Notes under the pieces: model-generated
What the model was told of the DNA's origin: nothing
Seen by the model: only the letters and a program-made list of their open reading frames with translations
The model's database searches: none
From: a virus
IMG/VR virus record: IMGVR_UViG_2896216315_000003
Coordinates: 11,032 to 75,031 of that record
Direction: 5' to 3' (one strand)
Length of the DNA: 64,000 nucleotides
In this document: positions 1-10,703 of the stretch, in pieces
How positions within the stretch are numbered: position 1 is the first letter of the stretch
How the letters are laid out: each line of letters opens with the position of its first letter
Made by a program: the position numbers and the translations under genes

Positions 1-531
1 ATAAGCAAAATTACACACATCAGAAAGAATGACTCGAGCTGGCAATGTCGCCCCATCGGTTTCAGTTGGAGCGGCTAACTCGAAAGTCGCTGTTTCTGCG
101 TTTATCGAGGTCAGTTGCTCAATTACCCATCGACTCACCTGCTCTTGAGTTGGATCGGCATTTTCATTACCACCAGCAAAATTATCCGCATCGAGAAACT
201 TAGCGTCCGTTTTCCTACGGATCACTGTACCCCCGATGCCTGAATTTAACCGACTAGCAATGCCATAAACCAAACCAAATAAATTTGATAATGAAATAGT
301 TGGACGGGTTGATGGCCCTTTACCGTTAAACTCGAACCCCTCACCAACAATAGGATAAGGCTCATATTGTTGTCCTTGCCAAATAATCGGTTTTAATAAT
401 TCATTCGCGCCGTCGTGAAACCGATAACGAATACCACCGATATTGGTTAGATCTATTTCATATAATATGATTTCGGAGTCACCTTCAATTTCAGTAACTG
501 CAATAAGTAACTCAGGTGGGATGTTTTGCAT
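1..531 (-). CDS. Minor tail protein L-like (3' truncated by window)
   Basis: Manual translation MQNIPPELL...WQGQQYEPYP...RPTISLSNLFG...FLDADNF; lies downstream of the gpM-like gene. Confidence 0.9.
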   Translation of the reverse strand, partial: MQNIPPELLIAVTEIEGDSEIILYEIDLTNIGGIRYRFHDGANELLKPIIWQGQQYEPYPIVGEGFEFNGKGPSTRPTISLSNLFGLVYGIASRLNSGIGGTVIRRKTDAKFLDADNFAGGNENADPTQEQVSRWVIEQLTSINAETATFELAAPTETDGATLPARVILSDVCNFAY

Positions 532-544
532 TTTATTTACCTAC

Positions 545-565
545 AAAAAAACCACCCGAAGGTGG
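545..565 (-). terminator. Intrinsic terminator of moron 585-989
   Basis: CCACC-TTCG-GGTGG stem-loop followed by a T7 run on the minus strand. Confidence 0.7.
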
Positions 566-584
566 CCTTTAATTAATACGTAAT

Positions 585-989
585 TTATTTCTTTCGGCAA
601 TTATCTTTCCAGAAATTATCAAATAGCTCAGGTGATGATGGACTAGTTGGATCTTCAATTAGTGGTGGCGACATAGTTGCACTACGACCGTTATTACTAA
701 CACTTATATTCATGTGAAACCTATTGAATCCAGTGTAAGCCCCAAAACTATTTTTGGCGTTAACAAAGCCACACACAAAACCATAAATTTCCTCTTTCTG
801 ATTCTGCGTGCTAGGAAAAAACTCTACTGACTTAAACTCCGTTGAAGATGGATCCTTCATTAGCTCACTTACTCTTTTTTTTGCGAAAGATATGGCATCA
901 CCACCCGTTGGGTTCTGTAAGTTTGCTGCTACCATAATAAGTATAAATATAGCTACCACCGCGCCAATTACATATCCAAATATTTTCAT
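585..989 (-). CDS. Membrane-anchored periplasmic moron protein
   Basis: N-terminal TM helix, CGFVNAKNSFGAYTG motif, AT-rich, inserted between tail M and L. Confidence 0.75.
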   Translation of the reverse strand: MKIFGYVIGAVVAIFILIMVAANLQNPTGGDAISFAKKRVSELMKDPSSTEFKSVEFFPSTQNQKEEIYGFVCGFVNAKNSFGAYTGFNRFHMNISVSNNGRSATMSPPLIEDPTSPSSPELFDNFWKDNCRKK

Positions 990-1057
990 AATGACCTCTA
1001 ATTAAAATAATTATCATTATATTAGCGTACTGAAACAAAAGAGGAAGCAATCAAACC

Positions 1058-1387
1058 TTAGAAAATAACCTGCTCAAATTCAGCACTGATAGTTTTGCGA
1101 ATATTACCGTCATCTGAAGACCATTTTCTGCAAACAACTACAACTGCTGGCTGACTTTTTATAGGTTGAAACAAAAACGATTTTACACCGCCGTGACGAG
1201 CCAAAAACTCTAGTGCCTGATCTGCTTTTTCTAAAGGTAGCGATAAATTGACATTAAATTTTTTAAGCTGTGAATTCAGCCCATCTGATTTACGCTGTTC
1301 GTATCCATCACCAAAACGTACAGATCTTACTCGGGGTGAAAAATCCGTTTTCATCCCCGGTTTAATTGGCCAATTGAATTTTTCCAT
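1058..1387 (-). CDS. Minor tail protein M-like
   Basis: VRFGDGYEQR...GLN motif; follows tape measure. Confidence 0.92.
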   Translation of the reverse strand: MEKFNWPIKPGMKTDFSPRVRSVRFGDGYEQRKSDGLNSQLKKFNVNLSLPLEKADQALEFLARHGGVKSFLFQPIKSQPAVVVVCRKWSSDDGNIRKTISAEFEQVIF

Positions 1388-1436
1388 TAAACCTCCATTA
1401 TCTAGCCTTCACTCTGGAGGCTTTAAATTTACTTTA

Positions 1437-4400
1437 TTAAGAGAATGAACCACCATCACGACGCTGCTTTCTCATGTAATCTTCAGCTCCTTTTTTACCC
1501 ACTTCATAAACCGCCTTAAGTGCTTGAGGTCCAATCTCACCATTTGAACCATCATTCTGAATAGTGACATGGTTGGTTTGATAGAAATCACCAGAATTTT
1601 GCTTCGTATTCGCAGCAATAACACCTAGTTTTCCATCAATGCCACGGCGCAAAGGTAGTATCGCCTCTGGTCCCGCCTCCCCCATAAGTCCTGCACCGCG
1701 AGCAAAGGGGAATAAAGTTGGTTTAGAAACAATCTGACCACTATAAGCACTTAGACCAGGAGTGTTGTACACGCCACCATTAGCATTCGGTGTCACGCTA
1801 CCAAAACCAAAGGCTTCAAACCCTTTAACAATGGTCATTTTAATCGCAATTTCAGCTAACATTTTCAGGATAGAGCGAGTGAAATCTTTAAAGTTAGCCT
1901 CTCCACCCGTGAGCGTTTCCACCAGCTGAGAGCTAAAACCATTGAGCGTAGCTGATGTTACATTTTGGATTTGCGCATTAGCATCCAGCGCAGCATCACG
2001 ATAATTACCCCAAGCCGTACTAGCACCTGATATCCAATCCGTTTTTGCAGCATCCTCCTTATCAAAAGTAGCTTGCTTAGCTGATTTAACTTTGTCCCAT
2101 TGTGGTGTATCACCATAAACAGTGCGAAGCTGTTCCATTTCCAAGGCACGCTGAAGTTCTATGGTGGACTTACCCAGTGAATCAGCAATTGCTTTTTGCC
2201 TCGCCTCCTGTTGTTTGACATACTTATCAGCCTGATCCTGCAGTTTATTTAAGTGCTCTTGCTTGGCAATTTTGTCACCCAAATCCGCTAACTGCTTTTT
2301 ATTCGCAAGAATACTTTCTTTATTTTTCAATAAAGATTGTTCATCAAGAGATAATTTACGAGTCTTTCGAGCTTCTTCTAAAACTTCAAATTTAGCCAAC
2401 TCCAATTGCAGGTTTTTACGTTGCTGACTAAGGAAATCAGTTGCTGAAGAATGCTGCTCAAGAAGTCTTAATTGTGCCTGAAGAGATGTAACCTCTGCTT
2501 GTGCGGACTCGTCATGCCGAGTGCCCATATCAGGTTTATAGGCTTTCCCTTTTGGTGTTTTACGGTCTATCTCCTTTTGATATCGCTCCTTTTCTCGCTG
2601 GATAGCTAGGTCTTTTGCAGCTTGAGATGCGTATTCATCATTCCTGATTTTTTCGAGTTTACTTTGATGCTTTTCTTCCGCTGACTCATATTGTTTTTTT
2701 AAGGCTAAATCAGCAGCAATTTGTTTTTTCTGTAATTCATTAGTCTCAGTAAATGTCTTTTTTAACGTACCGACCACGTCTTGGTTCATTTTTTGAAATC
2801 TAAGCAAAGACAATTTACCTTGAGACTCTAAATACAACGTGCTGGATGTAGGCCCCTTGTATACATTCAAAAAATCTTCGATCTGTTCTATTTGCTCTTC
2901 GACACTTTTTTCCCTACCGATATCGAGCATCTTATCCCAAGCGCTCTTGGCTGCATTACCAACCCAATTCCATGCAGACTCTAAGTATCCTAAGTTTTCT
3001 ACAATTTGTTCAGATCTGGCATTCATTGAAGTTGAGAAGCTCTCCCACGCTAATTGGGTTGCTTCAGTCTTCCTCCCCTGCTCCTCTAGCGTAGTTATTT
3101 GCTCAAGTTGTGTCGCTGTCAAAAAATGAAGGGATTTGTCCAGTTCCATGACTGCTTGAACAGGCTGATCTTTAAGGCGCTGAAATTGCTTGATAGTTTC
3201 ATCAATAGATTGCCCTGTGGCCTTCTCCATTTTCGCGGCTACACCAGCGACCATGTCTACCTGTGGCCCCGTAAATGAACCTGAACCGACTACTTGTGCC
3301 AGCGCATCAGCCATTTTGTACTGAGTGATCCCCTCACCCGAAAGGGATTTAGCCAAGGCATTGAGTTCACCCTGAGTTTTAGCCGCATAATTACCGGTTA
3401 AAATAAGTTGCTTATTGTACTCGCTAAGCTCTTTAGACCCTTGGTATGCCGCAACACCAAAAGCTGTTAGTACACCAGCCCCACCCACCATGGCGACTTT
3501 CCAAGGTGTAATTAAAGATGTAATGGCTTTCAGTGAATTACCAAACCCACCAAAAGAGTCTTTAATTTGACCACCTTGTTGAATGGCCACCAACCATGGT
3601 GGCATGCCAGAAGCCAAAGAAGTGACAATATCAGTCATTTGCATAGGCAACTGGCGCATGGCCTGACGATACTGTCCAGAGGTTAAAGTAACCCCTTTCA
3701 TGACACTGTTTTGCTTTTCCAGCTTACGAATATAAATATCCGCTGAACTCGATACCCCAAGCTGTGCTGCTTGCAATCGCAGCATTTCAGTACGTGACAG
3801 ATTTTGCTGTGTGACCTGTTCTTTTAACTTATTAATAAAGCGCTGCTTGGCTTGTGCTGCGCTATTTTCTGACTGTGTAATGGATTTTGATGTACCAATT
3901 GCTTGCGAGGTAAGCGCTTGATAATCTTTGACATGCAATAATCCCTGCTGCATGTCCTTATTCATTTTGCGCTTTATGGCACTCAGATCTTCTAATCCCT
4001 TACCATTCGCTTTAATTGCATCCAATTGGGCATAATATTGCTCAGCCAGTACTTCTTGGCTTCTGGCGTTTTGTGCCCGCCGCGCTTCAGCTTGAATGAG
4101 CCCCTGTATATTTTTGTGTGCTGCATCCAATTCAGCATTAGCCCGCTTCCGTTCGCTGGCTAATTTTTGCTCCGCTGAAATAGATTCATTTTCAAACTGC
4201 TTGAGTTGTGACCGTGAGCGTGCAAGTGCCGCTTCTGCCCTAGCCGCCTGCTTTGCTAATGCGTCTTCGCGCATTTTTTCAAATCGCTGCTCATCACGTT
4301 CTTGCTTTTCTAGTTCGCGCTGAACTCGACCGGCTTTTTCAAGAAATTCGGTTGTATTCGCGCCAATCTTAATCTCAAGATCCGCTATTTGGTTGCTCAT
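1437..4400 (-). CDS. Tail tape measure protein (lambda H-like)
   Basis: QLPMQMTDIVTSLASG...QQGGQIKDSFGG and GEAGPEAILPL motifs; start reassigned to MSNQIADL. Confidence 0.95.
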   Translation of the reverse strand: MSNQIADLEIKIGANTTEFLEKAGRVQRELEKQERDEQRFEKMREDALAKQAARAEAALARSRSQLKQFENESISAEQKLASERKRANAELDAAHKNIQGLIQAEARRAQNARSQEVLAEQYYAQLDAIKANGKGLEDLSAIKRKMNKDMQQGLLHVKDYQALTSQAIGTSKSITQSENSAAQAKQRFINKLKEQVTQQNLSRTEMLRLQAAQLGVSSSADIYIRKLEKQNSVMKGVTLTSGQYRQAMRQLPMQMTDIVTSLASGMPPWLVAIQQGGQIKDSFGGFGNSLKAITSLITPWKVAMVGGAGVLTAFGVAAYQGSKELSEYNKQLILTGNYAAKTQGELNALAKSLSGEGITQYKMADALAQVVGSGSFTGPQVDMVAGVAAKMEKATGQSIDETIKQFQRLKDQPVQAVMELDKSLHFLTATQLEQITTLEEQGRKTEATQLAWESFSTSMNARSEQIVENLGYLESAWNWVGNAAKSAWDKMLDIGREKSVEEQIEQIEDFLNVYKGPTSSTLYLESQGKLSLLRFQKMNQDVVGTLKKTFTETNELQKKQIAADLALKKQYESAEEKHQSKLEKIRNDEYASQAAKDLAIQREKERYQKEIDRKTPKGKAYKPDMGTRHDESAQAEVTSLQAQLRLLEQHSSATDFLSQQRKNLQLELAKFEVLEEARKTRKLSLDEQSLLKNKESILANKKQLADLGDKIAKQEHLNKLQDQADKYVKQQEARQKAIADSLGKSTIELQRALEMEQLRTVYGDTPQWDKVKSAKQATFDKEDAAKTDWISGASTAWGNYRDAALDANAQIQNVTSATLNGFSSQLVETLTGGEANFKDFTRSILKMLAEIAIKMTIVKGFEAFGFGSVTPNANGGVYNTPGLSAYSGQIVSKPTLFPFARGAGLMGEAGPEAILPLRRGIDGKLGVIAANTKQNSGDFYQTNHVTIQNDGSNGEIGPQALKAVYEVGKKGAEDYMRKQRRDGGSFS

Positions 4401-4722
4401 ACCGCACCCCTCCTGATATCCCCTCACTGGCTAACTGAATGGCTTCGTCTGACATTTCTCCCTCATCTGCCTCAACATCAGTTAGCAACATAAAATCGGT
4501 CAACTCAGTTTTTGTGCCACTCATTGCCATATAAAGAGAGGTGTGCAAGGTAGCAAATTCAATATCAATAAGTTGAGGCATAAAAGGCGTCTTGCTGAAG
4601 TGTGTCACCCAATCACTAAACTCGGAGGCACTCATTTCACTTAGCATTCGACGCCAATCTGGACGCCCAAATTCACGCGCAAGTCGCAAAGCAAAAATAC
4701 GCTCACGGCTGGCTACTTTTCC
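4375..4722 (-). CDS. Tail assembly protein T-like (-1 frameshift extension of G)
   Basis: LAREFGRPDWRRMLSEMSASE motif; frame open from the G GAA AAG site at 4716-4722. Confidence 0.85.
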   Translation of the reverse strand, partial: GKVASRERIFALRLAREFGRPDWRRMLSEMSASEFSDWVTHFSKTPFMPQLIDIEFATLHTSLYMAMSGTKTELTDFMLLTDVEADEGEMSDEAIQLASEGISGGVRYEQPNSGS

Positions 4723-5090
4723 AACGTGATAAGCTCACCGTCTTCCGCTTTATCGTCATCACTCTCAGAACTCGACATGCCGCTGATTTCCGAGATGGCG
4801 CGAACCGCTTCGCTTAATGCATCCATGCTCCATGTTTGCGCGATTTCGTCGTAGAGGTCATCAATGTCACGATCGCGGTCTTCATGCCAACGTGAGCGAG
4901 AAACCAGCCACGCTTGGCTTTCTACCATTGAGCGCATTGATTTAGCATCTCTTTCAGCGCCTTCAAGACCGTCGGTTTCCTTTTCTTTTTTTGCTAAAAA
5001 ATCAAAGTAATCAGCACGCTGCAGGGCGGATAGCTCATAGAGAACAACATTTTCACCACTAATAGTGATTTCTTTTTTCTTTAAAAACAT
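4713..5090 (-). CDS. Tail assembly chaperone G-like
   Basis: MFLKK...LYELSALQR motif; position. Confidence 0.9.
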   Translation of the reverse strand: MFLKKKEITISGENVVLYELSALQRADYFDFLAKKEKETDGLEGAERDAKSMRSMVESQAWLVSRSRWHEDRDRDIDDLYDEIAQTWSMDALSEAVRAISEISGMSSSESDDDKAEDGELITLEK

Positions 5091-5133
5091 ATCGATACCT
5101 TTTCATTAAAAATAAAAAAGGCCGCTGAGCGAC

Positions 5134-5490
5134 CTATGCAATTTGATTTGAAAACTCCATTTCCGCAAAGTCTTCAAGCAAACCCGATATTTTCTGTATT
5201 GCCTCATCCGTTAACTCTTCATTAATGCACCAAGAAACCAGCACCGTCGGATCTGGTAGGTATTCTCTTTTCAGCATATTGAAGAACAGCATGCTTAATT
5301 CGAGGTCACTTTTATAATCTTCCTGATAGTATGATTTTAAGAAGTTAGCCAGCGACTCAACACTAAACTTAATATCTCCTAGCGATGAACGAAAAACAGG
5401 CCGCTTATGCATGGCGACCTGTCTAATCAAAAATAACTCGCTGACGACCAGTGAAAAGATTTCTACTTGCTTACTGTAATCTTGCTGCAT
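5134..5490 (-). CDS. Hypothetical protein coupled to KilA-N gene
   Basis: GGAG RBS before MQQDYSK; overlaps the end of the KilA-N ORF. Confidence 0.65.
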   Translation of the reverse strand: MQQDYSKQVEIFSLVVSELFLIRQVAMHKRPVFRSSLGDIKFSVESLANFLKSYYQEDYKSDLELSMLFFNMLKREYLPDPTVLVSWCINEELTDEAIQKISGLLEDFAEMEFSNQIA

Positions 5491-6253
5491 GCCGCTCTCC
5501 ATGTGCTGATGGATAAAGCAGTTGCATTTGCCCTTTAACATCAAAGGCAGCCATACAACGAGCATCGAAGTCTTTGTAGTCAACAGAACTATTGGCAATA
5601 TTTGTTACTGCTACCATTTGCTGTTCTACCGCATGCAAGGCATCACCTTTCAGGTACTGATGGATTTTTTCTCTGTCGCCTTTATTTTCTTTGACTGATT
5701 CATAGACATAATCAGGTAATGCAACTCCATAAACCCATTTAGCCGTGATACCAGCGAACAATAATGGACAACCGCCAACATGACCAAAATAAGGAGTACC
5801 CGACATCTTTGATAGCGCTCTGTAATAGGGTTCTTGAAATCGTTTCTCCCACTCAGTGGCCTCTTTGTATGTCAGTAATCCAATAACCTGATCTTCGGTC
5901 AATGTCATACTCTGTGACATCAACATGTTTTTAATGTGTCGGTCACAAGCACGAGCAAATTTTGGTGATAACCATCTTGCGAACTCAATTACTAATTCAG
6001 GATGGATCCAAGTGCCGCCATGTCGCCCTTTTTCTACTCGAACTAAAAGGGGAGAAATATCCTCTTTAGAATTATACGCTTCAATATCAAGCTCTTTACC
6101 AACCTCATAGATATATTCTTTAGTTGATGAGACCCTTAACCAGTCTTTGGTTAGTTTTCCAAAGTGCCTAGCTGCTGCTGTAGCATTAACCCAACAATCG
6201 CCATTAAACGGGATCAAGGTTTCGTCATACTTCATAGGTACGATTTTAATCAT
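5471..6253 (-). CDS. KilA-N domain protein (antirepressor-like moron)
   Basis: WVNATAAARHFGK...GGTWIHPELVIEFARWLSPKFA KilA-N signature. Confidence 0.88.
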   Translation of the reverse strand: MIKIVPMKYDETLIPFNGDCWVNATAAARHFGKLTKDWLRVSSTKEYIYEVGKELDIEAYNSKEDISPLLVRVEKGRHGGTWIHPELVIEFARWLSPKFARACDRHIKNMLMSQSMTLTEDQVIGLLTYKEATEWEKRFQEPYYRALSKMSGTPYFGHVGGCPLLFAGITAKWVYGVALPDYVYESVKENKGDREKIHQYLKGDALHAVEQQMVAVTNIANSSVDYKDFDARCMAAFDVKGQMQLLYPSAHGERHAARLQ

Positions 6254-6444
6254 TGCATATTTCCTATAGAAAGGGAGCCTGTAGCACAGAAAAGCCGCCC
6301 CAAGAGAGCTTGCCAGCTATAACGGCAGTTCTCAGGCTCACTTTCTGTAGGCTCTTGGTATTTTTGTGTGCGTGCTATGCACAGGATGAAATGTATATAA
6401 AAAAGCCACATTTCTGTGGCTATATAATTGATTTAAAAGTTTTA

Positions 6445-6957
6445 TTACTCTTTTGGTTGAGGTGCCGTCTTACCCGATGGCTTCGGTGTAATTTCTTCCG
6501 CCATTGTTGGGCGACCGGTATTTTTAATTTTTACCGTACGCGTCATGGTTTCTTTGATCGGAATGGATTTACCTAGGGCGCTAATCCAGCCTTTAAATAA
6601 ATCCAGTGTGCCGTTCGGGTACGAAATTTTGTAAAAGCGCGGCAAACCTTCATCAAACCACTCAATCAGGTCTTTTTGCCCTTCCTCGCCCGGTAACCAA
6701 GCAAGAGTAATACTGGTTTCACCTGAGGATTTCTCACCTTGAGTGGTGTTTTCCCAGTCCCCATCAGGATCATCAAGATAGCTATCATCTTCACTTGCCG
6801 CCGTGATTTCTCCCGGCTCCAGTGACTTAATTTTAGCTAATCGAATAAAGCCCGTTTCGCTAAAGGGATCTTGGGTTGGGTCACCCGTACCTGTATAGAC
6901 CCAAAGTGTGGTACCCGCCCCCTTAGTGGGAGCTAATGGATTTGGTACTTTTGCCAT
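6445..6957 (-). CDS. Major tail tube protein (lambda V-like)
   Basis: [12 protein letters not shown]...DDSYLDD...[10 protein letters not shown] motifs. Confidence 0.93.
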   Translation of the reverse strand: MAKVPNPLAPTKGAGTTLWVYTGTGDPTQDPFSETGFIRLAKIKSLEPGEITAASEDDSYLDDPDGDWENTTQGEKSSGETSITLAWLPGEEGQKDLIEWFDEGLPRFYKISYPNGTLDLFKGWISALGKSIPIKETMTRTVKIKNTGRPTMAEEITPKPSGKTAPQPKE

Positions 6958-6968
6958 CGTAAAATTCC

Positions 6969-7367
6969 TTACATGTCATATTCAATTTGGTAGGTGATAT
7001 CAACCGAAGCCCATAACGCCATTTCATCATCGCGATCATAATCAAACCCTTTCGGGGTCATATCGGTTAATACATCACCTAAACTGCTCATGCTTTCGAT
7101 AGCTGGATATAGCTTTTCTTCCACCCAGTTATCTAAATCAGAGTCAGTTTTGGCGGCTTTTAAAAAAAGCTCGATATGAAGGGTGGCCGTCCATTGGTTG
7201 CTATCAAGGTACCGTGGATCAGGGTGGGGCTCTGTTAAATAAACAGCGACGACAGGCAGCTCACTTTCATCAAAGTTAACGGGTCGCCCGTCATAAGTTG
7301 ATAATTTTGGGAGGCTAGTCTTGAGCCCCTCAATCACCAACTGGCGGATCTTGGTGTGCTTAATCAT
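6969..7367 (-). CDS. Tail terminator (lambda U-like)
   Basis: DGRP...[10 protein letters not shown]...LHIELFLKA. Confidence 0.9.
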   Translation of the reverse strand: MIKHTKIRQLVIEGLKTSLPKLSTYDGRPVNFDESELPVVAVYLTEPHPDPRYLDSNQWTATLHIELFLKAAKTDSDLDNWVEEKLYPAIESMSSLGDVLTDMTPKGFDYDRDDEMALWASVDITYQIEYDM

Positions 7368-7924
7368 TATCCCCCCTTAAAATAAAGCCGTAATTGGTTA
7401 TTCAAGGCGTATTGCATTTCTTTGCTCATATCCTCCTCACGAACTTTAATAGCGTGCTCTTCAAAGGCCTCTGTTAGCGGTTTGGATACGGGAATTTTGA
7501 CAACATCAATCGGGTAACGGCTTAAGCTAAGCCGTTGCATGACATGCCATTTACCATTTTTTAGCTGTTGAATAAACGCACCTTTAAAGGTGAATTTACC
7601 CACTTTTAAAACACTGCCATGCCGCCTATCGACTCCCCGACGACGAGATAATTGAACACGCGCCGTACCGAGCACAATCGCCGGCAAATTACCTCTGTTT
7701 ACTGTGATCCGCGCTTTAGGGGTTCCTTGCTTTACACTGGCTTTCTTAAGCCTTACACGCTTACGGATGATCTTTTGTTGGATTTTGACTTCTTTGGAAA
7801 CTTGTTTGACACTGCGGCTAACGGCTCTTGCCGCAATCCGATTTATTGCCTGTGCCGTGGCAATCGGGGTCACTTTATCAACGATAATGCCAAGATTACG
7901 AACCGCTTCATCCTTCCCCTTCAT
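7367..7924 (-). CDS. Minor tail protein Z-like
   Basis: VNRGNLPAI...AFIQQLKNGKWHVMQR...RYPIDVVKIP. Confidence 0.9.
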   Translation of the reverse strand: MKGKDEAVRNLGIIVDKVTPIATAQAINRIAARAVSRSVKQVSKEVKIQQKIIRKRVRLKKASVKQGTPKARITVNRGNLPAIVLGTARVQLSRRRGVDRRHGSVLKVGKFTFKGAFIQQLKNGKWHVMQRLSLSRYPIDVVKIPVSKPLTEAFEEHAIKVREEDMSKEMQYALNNQLRLYFKGG

Positions 7925-8204
7925 CGTCATCATCCTCTAAAAAAATCATCCACTTGCCATTAAATCGCTGAAAACGAGTCACTAAATAATAGCAACCACC
8001 AGCAGCCACTTTGTCGTTTTTTCTGGGTTGATAACCCGTCGAAAAAATGACATAAGAAAGCCCATCTCCTGTGACGGGGCCGAATTCAGGTAAAAAGTGA
8101 GAATCCACCCCGATATGGTCTATACCGTTAATAGATATAGGCTTTCCCATTCTTTTAGTGGTGAGTGCGTCCAGTCGATCTGTTAACCGTTCAAACGCAC
8201 TCAT
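7908..8204 (-). CDS. Head-tail joining protein (FII-like position)
   Basis: Size and position between head and tail genes. Confidence 0.7.
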   Translation of the reverse strand: MSAFERLTDRLDALTTKRMGKPISINGIDHIGVDSHFLPEFGPVTGDGLSYVIFSTGYQPRKNDKVAAGGCYYLVTRFQRFNGKWMIFLEDDDDEGEG

Positions 8205-8207
8205 AAA

Positions 8208-8555
8208 TTAACCGCCTGCTGCCACGGCTGCTGGAAAAATATTAAGCTTTACAGGCACTAACTCCGCACCCGCTTCAGCCGCCCCCCATGTAATACCAAC
8301 AGGAACGCCACCTTTATCCGCAACAATCCCTTTATCACCTGTCACCGCTTGACCTGCGGTTAATGCAACGCCTGCCTTTTTCTTTAGTAAAAAGACACCC
8401 TCTGCAAAACCATCCCCCGTCTCCCCAGGTTCAATATTTGTCGCTGCGACACAAGCCAATGCGCCCACCATGACCAAATCTCCACTGAGAATAGCGGTTG
8501 TGCCTGTATTGATAACTTCAACAGTTAGCCCCTGTTGTTGATAATTCTTAGCCAT
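8208..8555 (-). CDS. DUF2190-like capsid cement/decoration protein
   Basis: MAKNYQQQG...EGVF...VKLN; follows the capsid gene. Confidence 0.82.
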   Translation of the reverse strand: MAKNYQQQGLTVEVINTGTTAILSGDLVMVGALACVAATNIEPGETGDGFAEGVFLLKKKAGVALTAGQAVTGDKGIVADKGGVPVGITWGAAEAGAELVPVKLNIFPAAVAAGG

Positions 8556-8639
8556 AACTTCTCCTTCTGGCCCCGAAGAGCCAGATTTTAGGTATAAAAA
8601 AAGCCCGTTAGGGCGAGAGTATTGTATTTTTAATACGAA

Positions 8640-10703
8640 TTATGCCGCTTCGACACGCACCAGACCGCGATAATCAACAGGGGCAACGCCTGCATCGATG
8701 CGGACTTTAGTGGTTACGCCGTCAGAAGTGAAACCTTCTTGCTGGTCGATGTAAGGCGTATCAACACCATTTAAATAAGCAACTTCAATGGTATCAGTAC
8801 CTTTTGCTGAGGTCATATACCAAGTGGTATCACTGTTGATATCCAGGCGGGGCTCTGTGATGATTTCAGCGATATTACGGATTGGGTTAATAATATTAGC
8901 GTTCACATCTGCGCCTTTTACGCTGCCTGAACCTACTACCTGAATGGCGGCGATTTCTAACGCGGTCGGCACAAGCATAAAGGCAGGGCGAATATTTAAC
9001 GTACGTTCACCTTCTTTTTGCTTACGCATAGCGGTTCTACCGTTACCAATAGTATCAACATCCATCCCTCCCTTGATCGTGTTGCCATGATCAGCACTAA
9101 AGAGGGGTTTGTTATCGGACCGCATTTTTTCATTTTTGGTTAAAATAACGTAAACCAAATCACCAATCGTCGCTTTTGCTGCACGCCCCAATTTCATTGG
9201 GATATCGGTTAGCATGGACATGTCGTCATTAATAATGGCTTGACGAGAAATGCTAAACAACTCTCCATAAGTCGCCAGTGCAATCGTCTCTTTTTTGTCG
9301 CTGGTCGTTACGTATTTATATTCTGCCCCTTCACGAACTGTGCGAAGTGAATTGAAGCCCCCCATCCCGACACGCGTTGCGGTTTTAAAGTCACTGAGTT
9401 GGCCTTTCTTCGTCCACAAATCAAAAGTTTCCTCTGCTTCATTCCATCCCTGTAAAATGGATTTATTGGCAACATCGAGGAGAATATTACCGAAATCAGA
9501 GGTTGTATGCGTAAAGGCTTGCGCAATCATTTGCATTGGATTGTAACTCGCAACACCCACGCCGCGATCAGCTAATGACATACGCGCCAATTCACGTAAC
9601 GTCATGCAGTTATATGGGTTATCGGCTTGGGTTTCATCATAACCCGCACGCGCCATCAATGATGCACGGACGCTATCACCTACGATATTGCCGTTATTTG
9701 CATAAATATGAGCACCGTAATTATTTGTATTTGTTGGTGTCGCTTCTTTAGCAACCAAATCTAAAATTTTGTCTTTTGCCTGCTCGACGGTGCAGTTGAT
9801 ATCTGTCAGACACTCAACCATGACGCTGTCATGCTTACCGCCAAACATCGCAAATAAATCTTTAATGCCATTCATACGCGTTTGTTCAGCTTGTCGTGCT
9901 TGCGCTTGAATGCTTGCCGTATCTGGCTGTTGTGTATTAGTTGGATTTTGTGATTGTGGTGCAGGCTCTGCCACCGGTGCGCTTGGTGTTGTTGTGTTTC
10001 GCGGATTAGCGAGACTGTTTTTTAACGTATTTTTTAATGAGTTCGGCATGGATTTAAATTCCTCAATGCGTTTAGATGAAAGACTGGCCATGGCTTTAAC
10101 CGGCTCAATCACAGTATTAGCAAAACCGTGTTCCACACACTCTTCTGCCGTTAACCATGTCTCTTCACCGAGCATGGCTTCAATTTCTTCTTTGGTTTTC
10201 CCTGTTTTCTCCATGTAGGCAGGGATTAAGACGTTTTCAACCTTGTCGAGTAGATCAGCGTAATCGCGCATATCATTAGCATCACCCCACGACACGCCCC
10301 AAGGTTTATGGATCATCATCATGGCATTGGTTGGCATAATGATTTCATCACCCACCATGGCAATAACTGACGCCATAGAAGCCGCTAATCCATCGATATA
10401 AACCGTAATCGTGGCATTGTGGTTTTTCAGTTGGTTATAAATAGCGATGCCCTCAAAAACTTCACCGCCGGGCGAATGAATATGAAGGTTGATGTGGTTG
10501 ATATTACCGAGGGAAATTAAATCTTCGGTAAATCGCCGGGCGCTTATCCCCCACATGCCAATTTCGTCATAAATATAAATATCGGCTGAAGTCTCACTGG
10601 TCGCTTTCATTTGAAACCAGCTCTTCTCCGGTGCCGACATTAGCGGTTTACTCATCGTCGTGCTGTTTTTTGGTCGCATGAGATGTGTGTTTATCGTCTG
10701 CAT
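8640..10703 (-). CDS. ClpP-like prohead protease / major capsid fusion
   Basis: IHSPGGEVFEG, GLAASMAS, MMIHKP and ETWL protease motifs fused to a capsid domain (ALATYGELFSISRQAIINDD); start uncertain. Confidence 0.93.
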   Translation of the reverse strand: MQTINTHLMRPKNSTTMSKPLMSAPEKSWFQMKATSETSADIYIYDEIGMWGISARRFTEDLISLGNINHINLHIHSPGGEVFEGIAIYNQLKNHNATITVYIDGLAASMASVIAMVGDEIIMPTNAMMMIHKPWGVSWGDANDMRDYADLLDKVENVLIPAYMEKTGKTKEEIEAMLGEETWLTAEECVEHGFANTVIEPVKAMASLSSKRIEEFKSMPNSLKNTLKNSLANPRNTTTPSAPVAEPAPQSQNPTNTQQPDTASIQAQARQAEQTRMNGIKDLFAMFGGKHDSVMVECLTDINCTVEQAKDKILDLVAKEATPTNTNNYGAHIYANNGNIVGDSVRASLMARAGYDETQADNPYNCMTLRELARMSLADRGVGVASYNPMQMIAQAFTHTTSDFGNILLDVANKSILQGWNEAEETFDLWTKKGQLSDFKTATRVGMGGFNSLRTVREGAEYKYVTTSDKKETIALATYGELFSISRQAIINDDMSMLTDIPMKLGRAAKATIGDLVYVILTKNEKMRSDNKPLFSADHGNTIKGGMDVDTIGNGRTAMRKQKEGERTLNIRPAFMLVPTALEIAAIQVVGSGSVKGADVNANIINPIRNIAEIITEPRLDINSDTTWYMTSAKGTDTIEVAYLNGVDTPYIDQQEGFTSDGVTTKVRIDAGVAPVDYRGLVRVEAA

